A stretch of DNA of 64,000 nt from positions 2,914,001-2,978,000 of the forward strand of contig JAUPSS010000002.1 in assembly GCA_040285825.1 (NCBI GenBank), in the 5' to 3' direction. The DNA comes from Eukaryota sp. TZLM1-RC (taxonomy: Eukaryota; Protista; Metamonada: BaSk clade). Within the stretch, counting starts at the first letter, position 1. Each line of letters begins with the position of its first letter. Positions 32,406 through 41,952 of the stretch are shown here, in pieces. The notes under the pieces were generated by a model. It saw only the letters and a program-made list of their open reading frames with translations, was not told the DNA's origin and did no database searches. The position numbers and the translations under genes are program-made.

Positions 32406-34667
32406 TGAAACAGATGATGTCTTGAACAAGAAATAAGTGTCCTTTTTACACAGATGGACAGAGTTTTTGAGAAGTGGAAGATTTTCTCCTTGATTCCTTT
32501 GTCAACCTTGACTCTCTGCAGGTTTTTCGGTCTATCTCCACCATTTACATGTGCTTCCATCACTGCCAACATATTAAGCGAAGCATTTCGATCTCTATTC
32601 CACAAACTTTCGCATGATTTACACGTGGTAAGCCCGTGACGAATAGACATCTCATGCCTCTTCCATGGCCTAGGATTTCTGCACCATCGGAATGTTTCAA
32701 CTGTTTTCTCCGCTTTCTTACAGTTGAAACAACAGCAACTGGTTCGAAACTCATCAATCAAAAAGACCGTATAACCACCCTTTTTAAATAGAATTCTCAA
32801 CCCTTTTACTTTGCTAGGTTCTTTGAATTTCATGTGTTTTTGCTGTTCCCAGTCTCCGATTCCAATAACTACTTGGCTAGGATCACCAATTACTGATTTG
32901 AGTCTATGAATCATTATTGCCTCAGATCTTGTGCGATTAATCTCCGCCCACCATCTTAGCTTCCTTAATATTTTTTGATGATAGACTTCACCAACAATAC
33001 TATTCACAAAATTCTTTTGTTTAATATACTCCATAAGTCTATCAAACCTGCTGCTTTTGGAATTGAATTGGGATAAAGTTGCTTCCCATTCTGCTACAGA
33101 TTTAGTCGTGTGATCATTGTTTCTCAAATTGAATGAGTAATCAATTTCGTGGGGACTATTGATTTCTTGAGGTACTTCACCTCTTAATAAACTAATTGTT
33201 CTTTCAGTCATTTGATTAATTATACTGCTGCTTAAATCCATTCTTTGTTGTTGCTCTTCATATGGTTCATAATTGGATAGATCAATTCCTCTACCAGTGG
33301 AGTCACTTATTGTGATAAGAGTGTCATTCCATATGATGACTCTTATTCTTTTGAATTTGGAACTTTTCGACTCAAATCTTCATTGATTTTGAGTGTACCT
33401 GAAATGAACGTATTTATCTCTTTCAGGTTTTTTTGACTGAGTCATTCCAGTAGCTAAATTTGCAGAAAAATAGAGTAGATCAGATTTCCCTGGATCAGCA
33501 GCTGCAAGGGTCATATCTTGGAATTCAGAAGGATTGATACTAGGGTCATCAATATATTTTTCTTTATCTTTCATTTCTTTTGCAGTTTCTTTGTACTTTT
33601 TCAAGTCCATTCTAGATTGAATGAATTTACTGCTACCCCATCAGTCTCGATACTAGACATGATGTACTTGGAATTTACTGAATAAAGTTTAGTGTTTTTA
33701 ATCTCGTCCATTTTTAAAAAGGTATTCCATAAAACCAAATCACCAGCTTGGTCATTGCATTGGTAGGACGACCTTGGACCAAGAATGTCCTTGATTTGGA
33801 CAAAGAACAAGTCCAATAACCTTGTCTTGTCAATTCTGCTATACGAGGGAATACAAGAATTCTTCAAAGGCAGAGCATGAAAGAGTTTGCTCTCCTCATT
33901 TTCTGGAAAATTATAAATATAAAACAATGATCTCAAATACAAATTTGATTTTGACGAAAAACAAATTTTGAATACTTATCCCTTTTTGGAACTACTGGAA
34001 AGTAAATGAGGGATCTGGTCATTAATGAAAAGCGAAGTAATTGATGAGACTTTGTTTCTCATTGCAGAAGTTTCGCCATCACCATCTCTACATCCTTCTA
34101 GAAGGAGGGATTTAATTTTGTTGATGAATGATGAGAAGTTTTTCTTATCTTGCTTTTTCAGGACGTTGTTGTTTCTCTTTACATCATAAAAAGCATCAAC
34201 AAACCGATCCAAATAATCAAAGTAATGCTCCTGGATGTTATTTTTGAAATTCACAACCAGTTTGTCAATTGTGTAATACAAAATATTACTGATTGCTTTT
34301 TTTGATTAAACTTTTGGAACAAGTTTTTCTCTCAAGTGTTGGTGATAGAATTCCAACAACGGGGCACAACGAGGATTTTGCTAAGCTGTTTTTGTCCTTG
34401 CGTTAAGGGAACTTCCCTCCTCGCTTTAGGACGTGACCACAAGAAAAGCTTCACGAAATAATTGGGTTTCAATTTTTGGTAAAATAGCATTTGGGTTTAA
34501 GTCAAAAAGATGCAAATAATAACCACAAATGAATTCTAACCAACAATAGAAATTTCCTGACACCTAATTACTGCCTCATCGATCACTTCAATCATTTTCG
34601 GATCTCGGATGAAATTTTTGATGCTATCCTTATAACCATCATAAGGTGTATGTTTAACAGTTTCCAT
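32402..34667 (-). pseudogene. Fanzor1 (eukaryotic TnpB-like RNA-guided nuclease), full length but disrupted by frameshifts and a stop
   Basis: N-terminal KDSIKNFIRD..IDEAVIRC..LPKIE; KNNIQEHYFDYLDRFV; PLKNSCIPSY.RID; SIETDGVAV; RuvC-I AADPGKSDLL; YTQNQ*R; IGDW..KEPSK; RuvC-II IDEFRTSCCCFNC; NPRPW; HGLTTCKSC; RuvC-III WNRDRNASLNM. Confidence 0.9.
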
Positions 34668-34680
34668 GAATTGGTCATTG

Positions 34681-35399
34681 TTAAAAAAAATTAAATAATT
34701 TCATGATTAAATCTGTATCCCTCAAACAATAAACTGCAACTGCAGTTCTTCTTTGGGATAAGAAAAAATCTGAGAAGGGATCATCAACTTGAACCTTCCA
34801 ATACTTTGCAATATATTGAGGATCAAGGTCAATTGTACTCTCCCCTAATAAAGTTTAAGAAACTGTTTAGTTTGAGTAGTTGGTAATAATTTGTAAAATT
34901 ACTACAAGTATCAACAACAAATCGACCAACAATTAAGGGGTTCACTAGGACCGATTTCACACTTAAAAAGTCCTCATTTTCAGAACGTTTCATAATATGT
35001 GGGATGTCACATTTGAGAATATTGAAACCACATATTATATAAGGATGACAAGTTTCTAATGATTTTTAAATGAACTTAGCAATTCTTTTGTCAGAGGAAT
35101 GATGATATGAAGTCATATTTTTATCTTCAACTTTGCAATAATGTTCATTTCTGCTTGTTGATTTTTCTACAAGATCACAAAAAACAAAGATTTAATTCAA
35201 TCTGTTCTCGAGTGAAAATATAAGGAACTGAATTTGCAACAGTCGTTCTTGTAGATTGACAGTAAAAGATGGAATGTTCCCTTGCAGAAATAACAATTAT
35301 TGCATCCTCATCACTGAGCTTTTTACCCAACACCAAAGTTTCAATATCAAAATTTAATATTCTGAGAATAAATTGTGTTTTGACATTTGATGGTGTCAT
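34681..35399 (-). pseudogene. Family-B DNA polymerase 3'-5' exonuclease domain (delta/zeta/viral type), decayed, with no polymerase domain following
   Basis: Manual translation across frameshifts: ExoI LRILNFDIET..DAIIVIS (about 35366), ExoII HPYIICGFNILKCDIPHIMKR (35047-34985), IVGRFVVD, ExoIII RRTAVAVYCLRDTDLIMKL (YCLRD at 34731-34717). Confidence 0.82.
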
Positions 35400-35599
35400 T
35401 AAGGGTATATATATCGAATCAGCGGATTCTCATTGAAAAGTGTTTTTACACGTTTCAAAGGTCTGCTCAATACATCGGCTCGTCTTTTTCTGATGGTTTT
35501 ATTTACAGAGGAGCATTTCTTTGTCTCAAATGATTTTCATTCATTGTCAACACAGCTATAAAAACATCTTTTGTCTTGATTGACAAAATATTTAATATG

Positions 35600-36077
35600 A
35601 GCTGAATCAATTGAATTGAGCTGATTTGACAAAAACAAATTGATCATTCTTTTTGCAAACAATATGGTGAATATTCTACAATTATACAAATTAAATTGAA
35701 CAAATTCAAATTATATTTTGACTGATATTGACTCCAAATTTTCAAAAATTTTGAATTAATTTTGTGATGTTGTTCTTCATTATGACGAAGACTATCAAAC
35801 ACAAATGCTTTTACTGTTCTGGATTTGATCCAGAATGCAACAAGTACCCAATGTTGCCCAATGGTAAATTGTTCGTCATCAGATGCAATCAAATTTGATT
35901 GATGGAATGCATCATTATAGGGTAGAAGAATCAATGTATTTTCTTCGTTGCCATAATTGATCAATTGTGACCAAAATCCTCTTGAACAAATCCCCTAAAA
36001 AACAATAGGGCTGATGTGATGGACCAAACAAGTAATCGAATCAGTGATTTGTTCACCATCTAACCAACTGTGTTTGA
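35600..36077 (-). pseudogene. Ulp1/SENP (peptidase C48)-like protease domain, decayed and interrupted by the hAT insertion
   Basis: SWLDGEQITDSI, ILLPYN, GQHWVLVAF..FDSL and, after a frameshift, VQFNLYNCRIF..FAK (Q-x-N-x-x-D/N-C-G motif); His/Asp/Cys triad present. Confidence 0.75.
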
Positions 36078-37707
36078 CAGGGATAACTAAAGTGGTAAAG
36101 TACTTTAAGCACTTTACTTTACTTAACTTTACTTTAAAGAATCTTTTTTTGATAAAGTAGAGTCATCATTATTTGGTTTGACAAACATGTTGTACATTTT
36201 AATAGAGAACATTCTATTTTCGAAATCCTCTTCAAGTAAGGTAACTTTTCAATTCACCATAAGATAACAAAACCTAACATTTATTCAGAAACTCATCAAA
36301 AACTGATTGAAAAATTAAGTATGTGGTGGATGAGCACCAACACTCTTCTACTCATGGATCTCAATTACATCTTCATCGGATGACACCCCGCTACTTACTT
36401 CCAACTCATCAGGTTCATTGGGGACATCTGCACCATTCAGCCAGTCCCAATACTTCTTTGAACTACTTCTTCCTCCTCTGACGTAATGCTTCACCATCAC
36501 ACTATCTGTTGCCCTCTGACTTTCCATTTTGTTTCTTTCTTGTGTACATACAATACGAAAGTCCGACCAGTTTCTTTCAGCTTCTGAGTTTGATGTCACC
36601 ATACTTAACAGTCTCACTGCCAGGTTAGATAGCTCAGTGTTACCGCCATGAACATACCACCATTCATGTGCTACCATTCTGGAAGCTATGTTGAATAGTT
36701 CACTGTGTTCGAATAAATCTGACCCTGCAACATAACAAGACCATTGATGAATGATGTCTGCCTTTTTTGCCCGTCCAAATTGTTCTTCAATCACTCGAAA
36801 CAAAGCATCACGACACTCTTGAAATTGTTGTTCTGTAATTAAATCCCTAAATTCAGGATCCAAACAAAAAGCCGCCCGATGATAGTCGTTGAAGATTTGC
36901 AAAATTCTGAATTCAAATCTCTGAAGAAGTAGACTGTGTTCTTCTTCTGATATAAATGATAGTTGAGTGAGATCCATTCTTTCTTTTTCCATTTGTAGAT
37001 AGCGATACAGTTTGCCCATAATTGGTGTCAAACTATCAATTCTTTGCATGATATTGACAAGTGGTTTCATGAAGTCCACCAATTTTTCCACTTTTGTCCA
37101 ATAGTTTTCATTGGCTAAAATTCTCTTTACGTCACAGAATTCCTGACGTAAACCCCGTTGGAGTTGATGGAGTCTGTGGTGTAAAAGGAGTAAGTGGAGA
37201 AGGACTTGAAAAGGACGGAAGTGCTTGTCTAGGAGCTGGACTATTGATACTGGAAGCTCGTCTTTTGCGTTGTCTAGAATGTGTAGCTAGATACACTCGT
37301 AAGTCTGCAACCTTCTTACCATTGTTACTCTCAGGACACCCTATTTGGTTGCATAACGGTACCTGTCTTTTAGGTAGTAGGTCAGGTACATAATGCCCTT
37401 CCATTGCCCATCGGTTGACAGAATAGACCTCATCGCATAATAGACATTGAAAGCGCGCACAAGTCTTTGAAACAACTTCGTTGACTTGACAGACATTCGT
37501 CCAAGCCTCACAAGGGAGTGAAGTCATTAACAAAAGAAAATATATAAGAAAAATGAAGTGAGAAAGGGGTGGAGAGTAAAGAAAGAAGCGTTCACTACTT
37601 TATACCACTTTAGCCAATTTTAGAGCTTAAAGCTTAAAGTTTAAAGTAAAGCTTAAAGTAAATAAAGTACTTTAATTTCATTTTTTGGACCACTTTAGTC
37701 ATCCCTG
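36078..37707 (-). mobile_element. Internally deleted hAT DNA transposon (1630 bp)
   Basis: 19-bp TIR CAGGGAT(A/G)ACTAAAGTGGT; perfect 8-bp TSD GTGTTTGA (36070-36077, 37708-37715); BED-finger N-terminus (37527-37132) joined out of frame to the hAT dimerisation C-terminus (WWYVHG..LAVRLLS..SNSEAERNWS); subterminal TAAAGT repeats. Confidence 0.95.
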
Positions 37708-39734
37708 GTGTTTGACATCATCACTTTGTTGCCCTTCACCTGATAAATTAATTTTTTTAACTGGAATATTTATTGAGAAATATAGAGTATTTTTTTAAAA
37801 ATATATATTGTTATTATAAAAAGGAATTCAATTGATATAATCTTTAGTAAAAAAATTTTAAAATTTTTTTATCAGATTGGTCATCAATCTTTCCAGAATA
37901 AACACAAAATGAATTGCTCCCTTCTTTATAGAGGCTGTGGGTGGAAACAATGGTGTGTGAAACACATACAGCTTCCAGGTTCGTGCTCCAGACACAACCA
38001 GCAAATTCATAGATAATGTGTTGTCTTGAACGATTTATAAAATGTTTATTAATCAATAATGGAACAATTAATTAAAGAACAATTTTGAAAAACTTCATGA
38101 TGGACTACTTGGTCACATTGACCCTTCTCAACCAAAAAAAGAGGAAGAGTCAATCTGACCAAGTAGTCTATTTTCAACCAAATGGTAAGGAGAGTCTTCA
38201 TGAGAAACAGTTCCCTTGTTACATTTGGTTGAACAAGAACACACCTGTGAAGGTGGAATCTCAGGAGGGCTGGAAATGAGCTCCCAGGAGCGCTCAATGG
38301 AAGCTTGCTCCTGGATGGTTTCACTCAGCAGTGAATCCATATAATTCTGAATCCTCTTTGGACCAGGGGGTGCGTCTGACGTGTAGTGAATATATTGAGC
38401 TTATTTATCAAATTTTGCACTTGTGGGAGGTTTTCACTTTCTCATTCATTTCACCAACATTCACCAGCAATCTCAACGACTATCTGACATTTTTGTTATA
38501 TTAGACGATATCTTCAGGTTCAAGTCATCCACAACCCTTCGCAACTCTGCGAAGACTGCCATCAGTTCTTTGGCTTTACTGAAACTGCCTACCATTGTAG
38601 TGTGTGTTACAAAAACTAGCAACATAGCCATCCTGAGTTAGTAGCAGGCACTTCTCCCACCCGTACGGAGTCTTCGCCGCCGGAAGCTGTCTCCCTTTCT
38701 CAAATACTGTTTCGTCCATTGAAAGGCAGGGAAAATCTGTTTACTTCCTCTTCCAAATGCCTGGTCTAGTAGTCATTGTTGTTAGTGTCCAAAATGTAAA
38801 AATAACCAAATTACAGTCTGTGAGTGCACTTCACTAAACCCCATGGTGTTGATTGTGCTTTTTCTTCTTGTGAATCCTTCTGTTCATCCCTGGATTCTTT
38901 TGATTAAATAAATCAATTTCTTGTTTTAACTTCGCAATGATGTCATTGTTATAATTTGAGCAATTAATAATCAAATCGCTTTAGAAGGGATTGACTATCA
39001 GTTATCTATACCATTTTTTGCAGATTAGATTCTGTCCACAATAATGTTGTTACTGATGATGGCGTCCTATGACTATTCTTCACAGCACAATCATGGACTG
39101 ATTCAGCTAAGAGTATTCTGATCAATGGAATCTTTTGCCACTAGAACAGGAAATTGTGATGCTAAAAACAACAAAATCAAGAAATGTTTTGTATATTGTG
39201 TACTATTTCAGTTGAACTTTACCATTGTCGTATTTTTGATAATAATGCGTATGTTATTTGACAGTTCAGAGTAAATAATTTCTGTTCTGTGAATATTGAC
39301 TAGGAGAAAATCTTTTAAAATTTCGTGAGCCTTTATTCGAACATGATAAATTCTGACTGATTTCAATTACATTTCTATTGATGTTTCAAGAAAAGACTAC
39401 AACAACCTGAACAATTAAAACTACAATTAATGCCATGTATTTTTGATTTAATTCGATAAGCTACAGAAACACAATTCAGCCACGTGTTGCAATACTTTCA
39501 ATTGTAAAGTGTGAGATACTCAGTCTTGACCCAAAACACTTTTATCTCAAGTCGATTTCAGATAATTTTGAATCTCCAATTGAAAGAAATCATGATATCA
39601 TGTTATGGAGTTTTGACAGCAACACTGCCACATTCAACGTGACGATGATGTTATCGACAACATTGTGCGATTTCACTTTTGGTATAAAATTGCATGAAAT
39701 AGTCATCGTGGTTTTCCTTTTTCTCCTTTTCCTA

Positions 39735-40225
39735 AGTTTGTATTCCCCCATTTTGCCCCTCATCTAAGTGAAGACCGAAGTTTGCAGCTACTCAGGTAGA
39801 AAGATCCATCCCGGTGTCGGTAGCAGGACTGTCCGTGCTGACGGTAAGATTTTTGTATTCGATTCTCACAAAACCCTTGCTCACTATCAACACCGATGGA
39901 ACCCACGTAAGCACGGATGGACTCTTGCTTACCGTAAGGATCATAAGAAGGAGGCCGAAATTACTGTTGGTAAACGCGCCAGAAGAAAGGTAGTCAAGGT
40001 CCAACGTGCTGTTGTTGGTGCATCTGTAGAGGAAATCCTCCGTAGACAAAGAGAATCTAAGGAAGAAAGAGTTGCTCAACGTGAAAAGGCTGTCCGGTAT
40101 GATGTTTCCCTCCTCTCTCTTATTTTAGCAGTGCCAAGGAAGCTAAGGAAGCCAAAATGGCAAAGAAGGCCCAAAAGGCTGCTCAACAAGCCCAATCCGG
40201 CAAACCACTCAAAACCAGACGTTAA
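39735..40225 (+). CDS. RPL24: 60S ribosomal protein L24 (eL24); introns at 39736-39768 (inside the ATG) and 40097-40128
   Basis: MKTEVCSYSGRKIHPG..NPRKHGWTLAYRKDHKK..QRAVVGAS; the second splice restores the EKAVRSAKEAK Lys/Ala-rich tail. Confidence 0.95.
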
Positions 40226-40321
40226 TCTTCTTAGTTCTTTAGTCACTCTTTTGCCTCGCGGAATTATAAATAAACTGTGGATGTCCTTTTTGTTTAATAC
40301 CTTTTAGTGATTTCATTTTTG

Positions 40322-41767
40322 ATGTTTAACCTATGGTCTCTGTTACAAATCGTGGGGGTGCAAGTTACCAGCAAAGTTGCCTCTTTCTTGGTCAATAGAT
40401 CTGCTGTTAAATCCGATGTGTCATCATTTGGTGTTGCATCGTTTCGTCTTGATCTTATCGTTCGGTCTATTGTCTTTCTTTCGCGAGAACCTTTTAGGAA
40501 ACTAAGTGTTAGGCAAACACCATCATCATCATTGTCAATATTCCTTTGGCTGATTTTCCCGATCTCTATCATCGTTTCTTTAGTCACACTTGGGTTAATA
40601 TGGTACTCAAAAGTAGGCTTTGATGTAAGTGGTTTTGTTAATGCTGTTCTCTTAACTGTTATTGCCGCCTTGATTGAATGTGTTTCTGAACCGTTCTACA
40701 ATCTCAATCAGTTTCATTCTCGATCTTTTTCTATATCTAATCTAATTATAGCCCTATCATTTCTAGTAAAATCTATCACAATACTCTACTTCCACCAGCT
40801 GAACTTTTCCATTCCAGTCTCCTTTGCTCTTGGCCATCTTTCTCGATCTTTATTTGTCCTTTTATTTCTCTTTCTGGTCTATCGCACCACTCCAATTATC
40901 GCGACCAATTCTCAAGGCAGAAATGTTCATTACTATCCCCTATTCAAATTATTTTTTGTACAAACTATTTTAAAATATTGCCTTACAGAATTTGAGAATA
41001 CTATACTTTATTTTTCGCTGACTAATGATGACCTGGCAGTTTTGACTATTATCCAGTCAATACTAGTTTTTGTCACAAAATTCTTGTTCCTGCCAATGGA
41101 AGAATTAATTCACAGAACTTTCTCATTTATTCAAAATACTTTGACAAAAATATTTGTACTTTGCCGAATTGGCACATTTATATCAATTTTCTTTTCTTTT
41201 TTCCTTCATTTATACGGTGAATTTGTTTTATCAACATTATTCCCAGATGCTCTATTGAACCATGCAACCATTGCTAAGCAATTGTTTCTCTTTTCGCTCA
41301 CCTTACCATTTCTATCAATAAATGGTATCTCTGAGGCTGTTCTTCATTCCTCTGCCAATGCAAGGGTGTTATCGGCATTAAATTATTACTATTCTTTCAT
41401 TTCTTTAGTTTGTGCAGGATTTGGGTTTTATTTGGTAAAGGTTTTTGGTTTGGTGGGTGTTTCTTTTTCTACCATCATTAATATGACTCTGAGAATTATT
41501 GTTGCATTCAAATATTTGAATAAGTCAGGTGTGGCAGTGTCAGTTGGTGACGTCTTGCCACGTGTTACTTGTTTGTTTAGCACCGTGGTTTCATTATTTT
41601 TGTTCAAGTGGTTTACTGTTCATTTCAGTGTTGTTTTGGTTGAATTGTCCGGGAGATTTATTATTTTTACTGGTGTTTTTGTGGTATTAGGTGTTCTAAA
41701 CTCTACATTATTCGTGTACAATGATTGGGACGATATCTCCATCTTTTTCAAACCGAAAACGGATTAA
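40322..41767 (+). CDS. RFT1: RFT1 (Man5GlcNAc2-PP-dolichol translocation protein)
   Basis: Polytopic membrane protein with FLSREPFRK, ECVSEPFY, LKYCLTE, FLPMEE and INGISEA motifs. Confidence 0.88.
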   Translation: MFNLWSLLQIVGVQVTSKVASFLVNRSAVKSDVSSFGVASFRLDLIVRSIVFLSREPFRKLSVRQTPSSSLSIFLWLIFPISIIVSLVTLGLIWYSKVGFDVSGFVNAVLLTVIAALIECVSEPFYNLNQFHSRSFSISNLIIALSFLVKSITILYFHQLNFSIPVSFALGHLSRSLFVLLFLFLVYRTTPIIATNSQGRNVHYYPLFKLFFVQTILKYCLTEFENTILYFSLTNDDLAVLTIIQSILVFVTKFLFLPMEELIHRTFSFIQNTLTKIFVLCRIGTFISIFFSFFLHLYGEFVLSTLFPDALLNHATIAKQLFLFSLTLPFLSINGISEAVLHSSANARVLSALNYYYSFISLVCAGFGFYLVKVFGLVGVSFSTIINMTLRIIVAFKYLNKSGVAVSVGDVLPRVTCLFSTVVSLFLFKWFTVHFSVVLVELSGRFIIFTGVFVVLGVLNSTLFVYNDWDDISIFFKPKTD

Positions 41768-41952
41768 TGGCAAATATGGAAACATAGTTTTCACATCAAT
41801 GGTTAATTTGAATAAATCTATTTTTGACTATTTTGCTTAATGTTTTTTTGTCTAATTGCCTCTATCAAATCACTATAACCTTTACCAGAAAAATACTTTC
41901 AGCATAAAAACTATCCAAATATCAAAATAAAAAGATATATAGCAGATATATA

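Noticed and set aside
33380-33382. TGA read-through or an alternative genetic code in Fanzor and other decayed ORFs
   Set aside because: Intact genes end in TAA, TAG and TGA. This TGA falls at a usually conserved Arg (probably CGA>TGA) and comes with frameshifts, so decay is the simpler explanation.
34681-36077. Polinton/Maverick (PolB plus cysteine protease)
   Set aside because: The exonuclease motifs are of the delta/zeta/viral RNA-primed type rather than protein-primed. No integrase, packaging ATPase, capsid gene, long TIRs or 6-bp TSD is visible.
39768-40307. 179-aa GTG-started ORF from the track
   Set aside because: Artefact of reading through introns; the spliced RPL24 model ends at 40225.
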